A stretch of 64,000 bases of DNA from Octopus bimaculoides (taxonomy: Eukaryota). The DNA lies in assembly GCF_001194135.2 (NCBI RefSeq), contig NC_068984.1:142283002-142347001 (forward strand), in the 5' to 3' direction. Below are positions 13,962 through 27,905 of this stretch, piece by piece (position 1 is the first letter of the stretch; each line of letters starts with the position of its first letter). The position numbers were made by a program, and so were the translations under genes. The notes below the pieces were generated by a model. The model saw only the letters and a program-made list of their open reading frames with translations, made no database searches and had not been told where the DNA came from.

Positions 13962-14782
13962 CTGTGTGTGTGTGTGAGTGTGTGTATAAAACATTTCTAT
14001 GGAATTGGCTAAAGAAGCATTTATAACACAATGTAAATATTGCGTCTTATGAAAACAACATACATGCACACATATATGTATGTATATATGTATATATATA
14101 TATATATGTATGTATATGTATATATATATGTATTTATATATATATATATATGTANNNNNNNNNNNNNNNNNNNNNNNNNNNNNNNNNNNNNNNNNNNNNN
14201 NNNNNNNNNNNNNNNNNNNNNNNNNNNNNNNNNNNNNNNNNNNNNNNNNNNNNNNNNNNNNNNNNNNNNNNNNNNNNNNNNNNNNNNNNNNNNNNNNNNN
14301 NNNNNNNNNNNNNNNNNNNNNNNNNNNNNNNNNNNNNNNNNNNNNNNNNNNNNNNNNNNNNNNNNNNNNNNNNNNNNNNNNNNNNNNNNNNNNNNNNNNN
14401 NNNNNNNNNNNNNNNNNNNNNNNNNNNNNNNNNNNNNNNNNNNNNNNNNNNNNNNNNNNNNNNNNNNNNNNNNNNNNNNNNNNNNNNNNNNNNNNNNNNN
14501 NNNNNNNNNNNNNNNNNNNNNNNNNNNNNNNNNNNNNNNNNNNNNNNNNNNNNNNNNNNNNNNNNNNNNNNNNNNNNNNNNNNNNNNNNNNNNNNNNNNN
14601 NNNNNNNNNNNNNNNNNNNNNNNNNNNNNNNNNNNNNNNNNNNNNNNNNNNNNNNNNNNNNNNNNNNNNNNNNNNNNNNNNNNNNNNNNNNNNNNNNNNN
14701 NNNNNNNNNNNNNNNNNNATATATATACACATATATATATCTGTGTGTGTATTATGTATGTATGTATATGTGTGAGAGTATG

Positions 14783-14830
<48 letters not shown>

Positions 14831-15909
14831 GTGAAAACAAAAGAATGACATCGATATTAGGTAAATAAAGGATTATTTATATATGTATAATTTAGGACAA
14901 TCAATAAGTTGTCATTATAGTACTGAGAGTTTCGAATGTCAGAGCGAAGAGATACAATGCATTCTCGTCGTCTATTAATGGCCATAGACGCTATGAAAAA
15001 CCGTTGAATAAAATGGAAGTTTCATAGACATAAGAACTCCTACGTTTATAACGTCTACCTACGTACTCACTCAACGCAAACATGTATATGTACATGCCCA
15101 TACACACACAACCATACGTGTGCATGTACGTACTCATACATACACACATATCCACGCAAACGCACGCACACATGTATATATATATATATTTATATATATT
15201 CTATTTTCTATTTTCTGTCCTTGTTTATTTCTGTGTTCCTTTCTGTCATTGAATGTTACTTTTAAAAATCCTTATCAGTATTCGGTGTTTAAGAATCGAA
15301 ATTATTTTTTCTGATGGATTCTCAGTCACTTTTTCCCCGCATTAACGTCTATTTTGATCGTTATTAATTTTCAAAAAACGATGTCTAAAGTGGGGCAAAA
15401 TCAGTAATAACCAATTACAATAATTCCTTTTTCTTTAACTGCAAAAAACCATTCCAGCAGATCGTGAAAAAGCTATAGAGAATATTTTATGTTCATTTTT
15501 TTAGATTTAGTCGGGTTTCGTTAATTTCATATCATGTACCAGTTTACCCTGATCCTCTTTCAGTTGATATAGATATCATAAATTTTAGTTACATTTCTGA
15601 TCTTTCTGATGTCTAAGGATGGATATTGATGTGTTTGAGTCTGTTTTCGATCATAATTCTGGAGAGAATTAAAGAGGGAACATTAACCCCCTTTCGTCTT
15701 GCTCCTTTTGTCCCCACCTATATTTGTTTTTTGTATGCTCAAGGAGAAAGGAGATAATTATCTAAAAAGTGTTCTGAATATGTATGTGCTAATGTTTTTG
15801 ATGTATTTAGAGAAGGTAATTCGCTTAGGTGATAGAATTTTGTAAAATACATTTGTAAAAAAAATATGTTTTTCCCATTGAGCCACCCCACCTTATTTTA
15901 TGCTGCAGT

Positions 15910-16090
15910 AAGGCAGCTAGCAAGTAGAATCGTCTGCGTTTCGTTCGTTTTTTATATCCTGTGTTCAAATTCCGCTGAGGTCGACTTTGGCTTTTCGTAT
16001 TTCAGGGTCGATGGAAGAAGCACTGGGGTCGATGTAATCAAACTAACCCTCTGACCCAAAATATCAGGATTTGTGCCTTTAGTAGAAAGG
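15910..16090 (+). mobile_element. SINE family B (internally deleted)
   Basis: AAGGC head, B-box GTTCAAATTCC, GAGGTCGACTTTG central domain and CACTGGGGTCGATGTAATC. Confidence 0.7.
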
Positions 16091-16369
16091 TTATCTTATC
16101 TTGAAGCGTTGATGTCTTGTAGTATTGTAGGACTGTAAAACAAAATGCTGTATTGGATAACAATATTTTGAATATAACCAGGAATTGGAATCTAACAAAT
16201 ATATTTTAAAACAAAAGAATTAGCGCTTTTGTACCCAGTTCTGAATTTGTTTCTAGAGAAGCCATAAGTAAAAAATACAGCTATCTGCAATTTCATAAAC
16301 GGCGTCACATGTTAAAAGATAAAACAATACTATTGCTGGTATATATGTGAACAGATTCATATACACACA

Positions 16370-16625
16370 GACCACACCTTGGCGCAACCGAGGGTCAAAC
16401 CAAACCACAATCGAGGGTCACCTTACACCACACTCCGCGGTCACCCCATGGTCACCCCCACACCTCATCCGATGGTTACCTCACACTTCACTCGACGGTC
16501 ACTCACAAACCACACTAGACGGTCATCACACGGACACAAACCACAGTCAGCCGACACCACAACCGACGATCAATGCACACCACGCACCACGGTCACTCCA
16601 AACAATGCCACGGTCACCCCTTCCC
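16370..16625 (+). repeat. Degenerate ~22-bp minisatellite (ACCACAC..CGGTCAC)
   Basis: About 10 recurrences of GGTCA or variants, mostly 20-25 bp apart. Confidence 0.6.
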
Positions 16626-17665
16626 CCACAACCACTACGATCTCTCTCCACCCTACACATATAATGCGAAGCTGAATTTATAAGGTGTGTGACAGTTGTT
16701 TAACATTTAGAGAGAGAGAGAGAGATACACACACACACACGCACATATATATGTATATGTATGTAAATATATGTTTATATACATATATAAATNNNNNNNN
16801 NNNNNNNNNNNNNNNNNNNNNNNNNNNNNNNNNNNNNNNNNNNNNNNNNNNNNNNNNNNNNNNNNNNNNNNNNNNNNNNNNNNNNNNNNNNNNNNNNNNN
16901 NNNNNNNNNNNNNNNNNNNNNNNNNNNNNNNNNNNNNNNNNNNNNNNNNNNNNNNNNNNNNNNNNNNNNNNNNNNNNNNNNNNNNNNNNNNNNNNNNNNN
17001 NNNNNNNNNNNNNNNNNNNNNNNNNNNNNNNNNNNNNNNNNNNNNNNNNNNNNNNNNNNNNNNNNNNNNNNNNNNNNNNNNNGTATATAACCCATTAATT
17101 GCTGGAAATGTCGAATCAGCAAACAAGTTCTACACAATTGTCCTTCCATTAATTTCAACAATTCCACCCCACTTCACAAATAATAAAAAAAAAACGAATA
17201 AAAAACATTCACCTACAATCTCAAAGACAAAACCATAAAAAAACATACAACAGAGCGAAAAAGGAAACAAACAGAAAATTGTAGCGACGTGTTTTTGTCT
17301 TTCATTTTATCTTTTTAATTTTTTTTTTTTTGGAGGAACCGGAGCTAATGAATCGGCAAATTCCAAAATATCTAGAAATTTCTCCCATTATTCTCCTCGT
17401 ATTGCTCACATTTTCTTTAACTAGCTGTCTCTATCACTAACAGCTAATCACTCTCTTGCAAGCGTTTCTCCTCATCTATTCGTGTTTGGTTGTCTATTTA
17501 ATCTAGAATGATGCAATGCTACTACTACTACTACTACTACTACTAGGTAGAAGAGGCAATGATCTCTTCGTTAGTGACGAGGGCAGCGTGAACATAACAA
17601 CAAAACAAAGAACAGTAAAAACACCACCACCGCCACCACAGCCAACAACAACAACAACAACAATA

Positions 17666-17884
17666 ATGATGATTTCAAATTTTGGCACAAGGCCAGCGAT
17701 TTCAGGGCAGGGTGAAATCGACTACATCGACCTCCAGTGCTGAACTGGAACTTACTTCATCGACCCTAAAAGGCCTAAAGGCAAAGTCGACGTCGACGGA
17801 ATTTGAACTCAGAACGGAAAGACGGTCGAAGTGCCGCTAAGTGTTTTGCCCAGCGCGGAAAAGATTCTACCAGCTCGCTGCCTT
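17666..17884 (-). mobile_element. SINE family B, full length
   Basis: Minus strand: AAGGCAGCGAGCTGGTAGAATC head, GAGTTCAAATTCC B-box, GTCGACTTTGCCTTT domain and CTGGCCTTGTGCCAAAATTTGAAATCAT tail. Confidence 0.85.
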
Positions 17885-17885
17885 G

Positions 17886-17934
<49 letters not shown>

Positions 17935-17954
17935 TAATAATAATAATAATAACA

Positions 17955-18210
17955 ATACCTATTGTCATAGGTGCCCTGGGAATGACAGCGAAACGGGATG
18001 ATTACTACCTAGCTCAGATACCAGGAAACCCCAAAATGGCTGAAGTTCAAAAGATAGTGCTCATGGGAACTGCCCATATCCTACGTAAAATACTGTCTAT
18101 GTGATCTCAAATTTTAAAACAAACACATAATTTTCTTATGGTTTCTTAAACATTCACTTGAACAAAACTGTACAAATCCAAATATATGGTACCCTAGGCA
18201 TAACACCTAC
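17955..18210 (+). mobile_element. R4/Dong-like RLE non-LTR retrotransposon 3' fragment
   Basis: IPIVIGALG...EVQKIVLMGTAHILRKILSM* is the typical RLE C-terminus. It is 5'-truncated directly onto an (AAT)n tract and followed by 3' UTR up to a gap. Confidence 0.7.
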
Positions 18211-19546
18211 NNNNNNNNNNNNNNNNNNNNNNNNNNNNNNNNNNNNNNNNNNNNNNNNNNNNNNNNNNNNNNNNNNNNNNNNNNNNNNNNNNNNNNNNNN
18301 NNNNNNNNNNNNNNNNNNNNNNNNNNNNNNNNNNNNNNNNNNNNNNNNNNNNNNNNNNNNNNNNNNNNNNNNNNNNNNNNNNNNNNNNNNNNNNNNNNNN
18401 NNNNNNNNNNNNNNNNNNNNNNNNNNNNNNNNNNNNNNNNNNNNNNNNNNNNNNNNNNNNNNNNNNNNNNNNNNNNNNNNNNNNNNNNNNNNNNNNNNNN
18501 NNNNNNNNNNNNNNNNNNNNNNNNNNNNNNNNNNNNNNNNNNNNNNNNNNNNNNNNNNNNNNNNNNNNNNNNNNNNNNNNNNNNNNNNNNNNNNNNNNNN
18601 NNNNNNNNNNNNNNNNNNNNNNNNNNNNNNNNNNNNNNNNNNNNNNNNNNNNNNNNNNNNNNNNNNNNNNNNNNNNNNNNNNNNNNNNNATATATATATA
18701 TATACATTCACACCTATGCGCGCGTGTGTGTGTATATGTATATATACATATATATATTGCAGCACACAATTTTGGGACGGCTAAAGAATTCACTAACAGA
18801 AACTCAGTAAAGATAGTTAATAAAACTATTATTAATCGTAGTAATATGACTGATGGGAATAATAACGGTACTCATATAGTGGAACAAAATCTGAATGACT
18901 CTAGCGGGATAATAAATACCCGTTTATCTAACAATAGAAGTGAAACGTTATCGAGCGTTCGGAAGAGAGTGTAAGGGAGATAACTGACCCAAAACCAAAC
19001 TCATTTGAATTAAATGAACCGAGTAGAGAATATAATAATACACCCAATTAAACCTATAACGAAACTAATAATACACATAGGGTAATACTTAATAATATAG
19101 ACATAAACCTAATAATTCTGGCAGTAGCAAGCGTAGTGTTAATGTTAATAAGCATCATTGAAACTGTACGAATGAATTACGTCTGCTTGAAATGTCTTAG
19201 AAAGAACATAGTTTAAACAAGTATAGTGACGGCTGATGGAATTTCCAATTATTTCATATGATTGTGTTCTGCGGACTTTAAGCGGAGATTGCATTACCGT
19301 CTTTATTCGTTCAAAGATAGGGAAACATAATAAATTTTTCAAGGTTTTTTGGGATCATCTGGTCGTTGAATAATAAGCACCCTAAATATCAAATTAAAAT
19401 GGGGAATAATTAGTAGAGCTTCATCATATACTGGAATGCGAGTGTAGTTTATGCTTGGAAGAAATATTCCATATCTTTACCAATAATCACAGGTTATTAA
19501 ACCACCGAAACGTGTTAGCTCTGAAATGCTCAGATTTTTTATATTG

Positions 19547-19622
19547 TTCAGGTCACTGCTTGGAATCGAACGCGGAATCTTGGGGTTAGTAGCCCGCGCT
19601 CTTAGCCACTATGCCACTGACC

Positions 19623-19680
<58 letters not shown>

Positions 19681-19861
19681 TCGAAAAATACCTTAGGAAT
19701 GAGAACCCAGGTTCAAAATTTCCCCAAGACACCTGATGAAGGCCAGAGGGTATATCAGCCGAAACGTTATGTTAACAACAAACAAAATGAGGACAAATAT
19801 CCCTCAATTGTAATTAATGTAAATAATGTACACAATTCGTCATCTTTTAAATGTAGAATTG
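19547..19861. mobile_element. Palindromic hammerhead-tail element, copy 2 (left head, (AAT)n, right tail)
   Basis: Minus-strand head 19547-19616 (A-box TGGCATAGTGG, B-box GTTCGATTCC), then (AAT)n, then a plus-strand tail with GACAC-CTGATGA-A...GAAACGTT at 19728-19768. Confidence 0.85.
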
Positions 19862-21372
19862 AATTCGTTTATTGTTTATGTATTTATTTTTGTTTATTCG
19901 TTACGTGACTTAGTAGGGGGAAAGACACCACCCTAACGTATTTGTATTTTAAGGAGTCGAAGACTGGAAGCAGGAGTTGAGTTACCTTTCTTGATACAGG
20001 AGATATGAGCTGAATACTACTAAAAAGCCCAGTGAAACAGGTAAAGCCTTAAACTGGGTACACGAATGACATCTTCCACTCAAGAAACACAAACAGTCCT
20101 ATCGATAGGCTTCCCCAAAATTTCAGATAATCAATATTTTGATCACTCCAAGGTTATGGCAAAAAGAACAGTTGTCATATAATAAAATAAAAGAGATAAA
20201 AATATATAAAGAAACCAGAATAAATATTGTATAATGAAGTCTCATGTTGGTAAAAGACCGAATCATCTTTTGCGAACAATCGACTTTAATCGTCTGATTC
20301 GGGTTTATTTCGTGCTGGATGGCTGGATGGATTAAAGGTCAAATTAACAGGTTCCAAATTAAACAATTTTTGTGATGATTGTTATTAATTAAATGAATGC
20401 TAATTATCTTTTAGATACGGAATATTTGGATTAAATTTGAATTTAACAGATTCGGTCGAAATTTGAACACGAAATACAAATTTCATAGGTAAACAAACAC
20501 TGCAATGTTTTACTGATTCTTTCACTCCAATACACTGAAAGAAAAAAATAATTTAAAAATTACAAGAAATGGTGAATTGGAAAGAACCCAAGAAAGAAAA
20601 GAATGAATGCCAAAACGAACAGAAAAAAAAAGTTGAAGAAAACGAAAACTGAAACAAAGAATAAATATATTAGGTAAGAAGGAGATTAAAAAGAAAGGAT
20701 ATAGATTAGAAGGAAACTTGAAAGAAAGATATGATAAATTATGGATAGAAAGATATATAGATAGGTAGGTAGAAATGAAGTGAAGAGAAATGTGAGAAAA
20801 ACAGGATTAAAGAAACGAATTAGAGTACAGAAAAAGATAAGCCAGAACTATATGATATCTATTGAAAAAAAAAATCTAAAACAGAAATTCTGTTTATGAA
20901 AACACATTTTAATTTTACTGTAATGGAATTCTGAAATGTGTAATCATTGTTTTGCTTGAGGGTGTTAGCTACATTTATCATTTATTTACTGTTAAATACA
21001 TTTATGCTTAGAAGTTTTTCTTTTCATCTTGATTATAAGAACTGAAGGTAGTTTTGTTTGTGTTAGGAAGTGTGCGAGGTACATGTGACATGAGCTAGAT
21101 ATCACCTGACGTAACACGTTAAAGATTTAAAATTGCAATCTTACCATTACTTAATATTGATTCTCTCGGTGCATTTTGTATATGTTTACCCGTCAAAAGA
21201 GCGTATCTATCAATGTTACTCTTTCTTGCGTTTCAGAATCACGTCAGCTGTAGAACGTCTCTTGATATTTTCTTCATACCTTAAATTTTTTTTTCTTCCA
21301 TACCTACCATGAGTTCCTCCCCAACGACTAGTTTTCATACATGTTCCTCTAATCCTCTCATCTGATAATTCC

Positions 21373-21467
21373 AAGCCGACGAGCTGGCAGAATCATTAGT
21401 ACACCAGAGGAAATGCTCAGTGGTACGGTATTTCGCCCGTCGTTATGTCTCGAGTTCAAATTCCGCC
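21373..21467 (+). mobile_element. SINE family B head
   Basis: GAGCTGGCAGAATC...CGGTATTTCG...GAGTTCAAATTCCGCC. Confidence 0.75.
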
Positions 21468-22702
21468 TCCATTAGTTTTAGACCCAGTCCACCACTGTAT
21501 GTATGTATGAATGTATGTATGTATGTATGTATGTATGCCATTGTTTACTTTTATTTCAAGATTTCTGGCCAATAGAGAAAGAGCCGGTTTCTAACCTAGA
21601 TCCAAGGCTCCTTCATTCGAATTTCAGCATGAACAACAGGGTAATTTTTGTCTGTTTGTATGTATGTATGTATGCATGTATGTATATGTGCAGATTTGTG
21701 TGTTTTGCTTTATGCATGTATTCTCAAGCATATAGTTACATATCTGTACATGCTCATATAGATTTAAATGATAAAATCCAGGCAAGTTTTACAGATTTTT
21801 ACAGTCCAGTGATGCAATGGATCTGTAGTCATCGAATTAGCTATCTCCTTTCTGGTTTTGAAAAGCCAAATTTCTCGAGATTGGTATTTAGGCATTGTGT
21901 TACATATCCGAAACAGAAAGGAAGAAGAACAAGAGAGGGAGATAGATAGAAAGAATAGAGATAAGATATGTATGTATGGCGTGCTTAAGGTGTCGAGCTC
22001 ACGATTGTGGGGTTGAGGCTTCGAATATTGCGGCCAATATTTACTGCAAGAACGCTGCACTCTTCACAACCAATGTCTAGACAATAACCGGTGATCGATA
22101 TTTAGACATCGAAAAAATATTAAATTTTCAATTTTCCGAAGCACATTACGGAAAAATCGTAGAAAAATCGATATAAGTCGTTATAAATAACTATGGAAAT
22201 GAATTAATCGAACGTTAGCTTATATTTTACATGTTCATTGGTTTCCATAAACATATGTAAAATAAATTTTTATTGTTATTTTCAATATTGTCCAGACGAC
22301 GTTTGCTTCATTTTTTCTTTTTTTCTTCTTTTCGAGCCTTTCTCTACAGCATCGGTTTGTAGTTTTATCACCGTCTCTGATTTGTATCTATTTTTCTTTA
22401 TTACAATGTAGCCCCATTTTAATGTTCTTTCTTATTTCAAGTATTCTTAGACCAACATCGATTTCTACCGAGTTCTGTCATTGAAAATTTCTTCGTTTGT
22501 TTCTTTAATTCTTCTGTTCTGTCTTGTCCTTCATTGTCACCATAAGTACATCACTACTCTACATTTAAAAGATATTCGTCATCGGAACCACATCATTCGA
22601 GTCAAGTGATTTTTTAACATAATTGTCATCTTTTCTAGATATTCCTAGAAATACACTAAGTTCAGTGATTTCTGCAACAGAATCCAACATGTCTTTGAAA
22701 TA

Positions 22703-22830
22703 GGCAAAGGAATGGCTGTGTGCTAAGTAGCTTGCTTACGAACCACATGGTCCCGGGTTCAGTCCTACTGCATGGTACCTTGGGCAAGTGTCTTCTACTA
22801 TAGCCTCGGGCCGACCAAAGTCTTGTGAGG
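22703..22830 (+). mobile_element. SINE family A, 5' part
   Basis: TGGCTGTGTG..AAGTAGCTTGCTTACGAACCACATGGT...CCTTGGGCAAGTGTCTTCTACTATAGCCTCGGGCCGACC. Confidence 0.85.
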
Positions 22831-23121
22831 GCAGGATGGAGGGGGAGGAAGAAATAAAGGTCAAAGTTTGCGAGTGGTAGAGACATCAGTTTTCAAATTG
22901 TCTGACGAATGACCTTTAGAGGAGATCTATACTTTTTAAATGAATTTAATCCGAAATATACGCTTTCTAGAATTGGTAAAAGTAAAGTTCTATAGAATTA
23001 TGTGTCCATACAAACGCACATCGAAACACACATTCGCATATTCAGACATTAGATTAGCACAGATACAAGACTTGGAATCAACAGAGATGCCGTTATATAC
23101 CGACACATACTTTCATACGTG

Positions 23122-23163
<42 letters not shown>

Positions 23164-23267
23164 TAGATAAATTTAGATATGTTTCGACCGAAAATTGGTC
23201 CAGGCCATGTCTAACTTAATAGCACCACCTGATAGGATTATCTAAATCCTTTTAAAGTCAAGTTTAT

Positions 23268-23935
23268 GGCCCATTCAAGTAGTGAGTTCTCACTGAGTTA
23301 GTTGTCTTCAGTTATGGGTGGCTTATCTGGTATTCCTTGAAGAAATCTGTCCAGACTCCGTTTAAAGGTCATGAGATCCTTTTCCTCTTTTATCCGTTTT
23401 GGGACAATGTTAAACAGGGTAGAGCCTGTTGAGGAAAAGAAATTATGTCGCAGTGTACCTATATGTTGTGATCCTGAATTGGGCAGGGGACTATTACCCG
23501 TGGTCCCAGCCTTGGATGAACCTTGAAACTAATGTTCATGTCGTTTGGGCAATGCTGGCGGTAAATTCTCCACCTCGTACAAATGATGTACCGCTCGCGG
23601 CGGCGCTGGAGAGAGAAGAGTTTCAAGGCTTTGAGACGGTCTCAATAATTGAGATCGGTCATGCCTTCAATTCGTTTAGTGAGTACCTTCTGGGGGTGAT
23701 TCAATCCTCGAGATGTTTTGTTTTGTATGGGGAGACCACACGGGGCAGCAGTATTCAAGGTGTGGCCGTACAAAGGAGGAGAAAACTGGAATGATGGCAC
23801 CGTGTTCTCTAGACCGGAAGGTTCTTATGATCCAGGAACTCATCCTGCGAGCTATAAAGAGCTTATTGTTGATGTGGGTAATCTAACTGAGATTGTTATC
23901 AACAATTACACCCAGGTCTCTGATATTATTAGATG
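23268..23935 (-). mobile_element. CR1-clade LINE, RT C-terminus/3' end
   Basis: Manual minus-strand translation: RDLGVIVDNNLS*...FVRPHLEYCCPVWSPH...LNY*DRLKALKLFSLQRRRERYII. Two stops fall at conserved Trp positions, plus a frameshift. Confidence 0.85.
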
Positions 23936-24024
23936 CCGTGAGCGGTTCCCCTGAAGGAAGAGAGTACGGCTCGTTTCGACCATGTATATCTATCTGTGTG
24001 TATATATATATACACACGATATGT

Positions 24025-24243
24025 AACCATGTGTGTATCGTTAGCGATTTTCTTTCTCCGTCTTCCCTTCTTTGGACTTTTCCTTTTTTTTTTTTCTATA
24101 TTTCTGATGGAGATCTCCGCTCGAAACGTGGAATCCTCTTTCTTTGCTTTCCTTTCCTGAGCGTCCAATAACACTGTACTTATTCCATGTCCTCGCGTTG
24201 TTGTTTCTTCGTGTTTTTTCTTGCTTGTTCATGTTTGGATTGA

Positions 24244-24245
<2 letters not shown>
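24025..24245 (+). mobile_element. Dispersed repeat with degenerate hammerhead-like motif (putative PLE-derived)
   Basis: TTT-CTGATGG-A-GATC-TCC-GCTC-GAAA-C-GTG at 24101-24130 within a pyrimidine-rich body ending in a microsatellite. Confidence 0.4.
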
Positions 24246-24274
<29 letters not shown>

Positions 24275-25225
24275 TGTATGTATGTATATATATATATATA
24301 TANNNNNNNNNNNNNNNNNNNNNNNNNNNNNNNNNNNNNNNNNNNNNNNNNNNNNNNNNNNNNNNNNNNNNNNNNNNNNNNNNNNNNNNNNNNNNNNNNN
24401 NNNNNNNNNNNNNNNNNNNNNNNNNNNNNNNNNNNNNNNNNNNNNNNNNNNNNNNNNNNNNNNNNNNNNNNNNNNNNNNNNNNNNNNNNNNNNNNNNNNN
24501 NNNNNNNNNNNNNNNNNNNNNNNNNNNNNNNNNNNNNNNNNNNNNNNNNNNNNNNNNNNNNNNNNNNNNNNNNNNNNNNNNNNNNNNNNNNNNNNNNNNN
24601 NNNNNNNNNNNNNNNNNNNNNNNNNNNNNNNNNNNNNNNNNNNNNNNNNNNNNNNNNNNNNNNNNNNNNNNNNNNNNNNNNNNNNNNNNNNNNNNNNNNN
24701 NNNGGACGGAGAATATAAAATGACAATAAAAATATATAGAAATGAAGTCTGCCAGGCATTAAAACCAAAACATAACGTCTGTGAAAATAGACGTTGTACG
24801 AGATACAGACAGCTGAACATTGGGGGGAAAAAAAGAGAGAAATATATTAAACTAAACGAAATAAAAAAAAAAAAACAAGTAATGATGAAGGAATGAAATG
24901 TGATGGAGGAAATGTTTTGTTTTTAATCCTCATTTTATATATTTCGGTAGAAAGGTCAACATTAGTTCAATGCTGGAAAATAGAAAATTGAAATATTGTA
25001 AACATATTAAGCACGGTTGAGTACCATCTCCAAGACATCTTCTGCTATAGCTACTACCACTACTGATGCTGCTACTACAGATACTACTACTACTACTGCT
25101 ACTACTACTACTACTACTGCCTCCTGCACTACAACCACTACCACTACTATCACCATCAGCACCACTAATACTATCAACATCACCTCCTCTCTCCCCACCC
25201 TACCACCACCGACCTCACTTCTCTT

Positions 25226-25580
25226 CTGGTACCTCTGTCGACCCCGGAGGGTTGAAAAGCAGAGTGCACTTCGGCGGAATTTGAATCCAGAACGTAAAGA
25301 CGGACGAAATGCCGCTAAACATTTCGCCCGACGAGCTAATGTTTCTTATTTCTTTATTGCCCACAAGGGGCTACACACAGAGGGGACAAACCAGGACAGA
25401 CAAAGGGATTAAGCCGATTACATTGAAGACCAGAGCGTAACTGGTACTTATTTGATCGACCCCAGAAGGATGAAAGGCAAAGTCGAACTCAGCGGAATTT
25501 GAACTTAGAACTTAAAGACAGACGAAATACCGCTAAGCATTTCGCCCGGCGTGCTAACGTTTCTGCCAGCTCGACGCCCT
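25226..25580 (-). mobile_element. Two adjacent SINE family B copies
   Basis: Head + central domain occurs twice (25226-25345, 25350-25580). The second has a distinct tail ...CCCCTTGTGGGCAATAAAG. Confidence 0.85.
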
Positions 25581-26216
25581 TATCACCTTTATTAATGATA
25601 GTAATAAATATTATCTTCATTATTCATGCTGTTGAAGCGTATCATTGTTCTTAAGATAGCAGGAGAGAATTCAAAGTTGATCGCACGTAGGAGAACAAAT
25701 AATCCATCATCCTTCTGCCCACAAAGTGATCAAACGACATATCACTTTATAAATCAAGCACAAACCAGAACATAACTGTCATGGTAAGACAGATTTACAT
25801 ACCGGACGTTCAATTTTCACTTGATTATATAAACTGATAAATATTTGTTCACAGCACAGCAAATATGAGAAACCTAAAATAGCAGAAGATTACGTAAATT
25901 AGCGTTTTTTAATATCTTGAATATTAAAATTAAAACCAATGCGAATATCTCTTATCATTGTTTTAGTACACATTAAAGGAAGGAGATTACCCAGTCGCAT
26001 TAAATAAACTTTTCAAGCTAATCCTTCGTTTGAGATTGTGGTGGCATCAAACGATCTGCAGTTTGCAAAGATATGTCCAATAAATGAATGATCCATTAAA
26101 TATAATCACATGTCCATTTGTGCATGGGTTGCTCTGAAAGTATGTATGTGTGTGTTTGAATTCCAAAATATACACATTACACACACACACACGCAAACAC
26201 GTACATGTATGTATAT

Positions 26217-26467
26217 AGGCGTGGCTGTGTGCTAAGAAGGTTGTTTCCATATCACATGTTTCCGGGTTCAGTCATACTACAGAGCACCTTGAGCAATTGT
26301 TTTCTAATATGGCCACGAATAAGGCAGCGAGATGGCAGAATCGTTAGCGCGCTGGACGCAATGTTTAGCGGTATTTCGCCCGTCGCTATATTCTGAGTTC
26401 AAATTCCGACGTGGTCGACATTGACTTTCATCCTTTCGGGGTCGATAAATTAATTACCAGCTACGCA
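26217..26467 (+). mobile_element. SINE A 5' fragment abutted by a SINE B copy
   Basis: Family A head/CORE 26217-26320, then AAGGCAGCGAGATGGCAGAATCGTTAGC...TTTCATCCTTTCGGGGTCGATAAA from 26321. Confidence 0.8.
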
Positions 26468-26540
26468 TGAATGTGTATGAATGTGTATGTGTGTTTGATA
26501 AACTTCATACTCTCTGAGATATTTTCAAACAAACCCACAC

Positions 26541-27049
<509 letters not shown>

Positions 27050-27825
27050 AAAGCCCACACACAAATAAGTTATTATCACATAAGAGGAGTGTGTGCTGGA
27101 AAGTTCCTACCCTCGGGTGAAAGAAAATGCTGTTAATTATTATTTTATTCAGCATATTTCCCTCTCAGATTCACACACTTTTTGCAGCAGTCTTCCAGTT
27201 TTTCTAAGCCTTATAAAAGAATTCGAATGGTTGGGCCTCCAACCAAGCCTTTCCCTACACCCTTACAGCCAAGAAATTTTCAACACCCTCGTCGTATACT
27301 CTTTAACTCAATAATCTCTACATATTATCGTACACACCTCTGACTAGAAATGGAAAATTCCCATATATACGCACAAACCCACTTATTTACCCATGTGTAT
27401 ATATCTATGTAGGTATGTGTGCCTGCGTGCGTGCATGCGTACCTGCGTATGTGTGTGTATCTGTGTGTGTGTGTGTGTGTGAGTGTGTGTCTGTTAATGT
27501 TTATGTATATATTTTTATATATCTATATCTACACATTGATAATAAATAATCCGAATGCAAATATAACAATTCAAACAAATGCGTGTTCGACTATTAAATT
27601 CCATTCCGTACCACACCGCCACCAACAGCCCAGATTCCCACCACATCCACAACCGTTTAACCACCATTTTTTTTTAACCACAGTATGCACACTCCCGACG
27701 CAATTTCTATTATTATCCCTAGATATCCTCACTCATCATTCTCTCACAGAAAATGTCTGCCTTCCGGCTAAATTAGCTCCAGAGTGTGAAAGACACAGCA
27801 GTTGTCCCCACTTATTTTTCTTAGG

Positions 27826-27905
<80 letters not shown>

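Noticed and set aside
18726-18974. N-rich 82-aa ORF
   Set aside because: Starts in a microsatellite and has no recognisable domain or splice context.
19485-19520. GGTT-ATT-AAACC...GAAACGTG hammerhead-like half next to copy 2
   Set aside because: No CTGANGA core upstream; too degraded to call.
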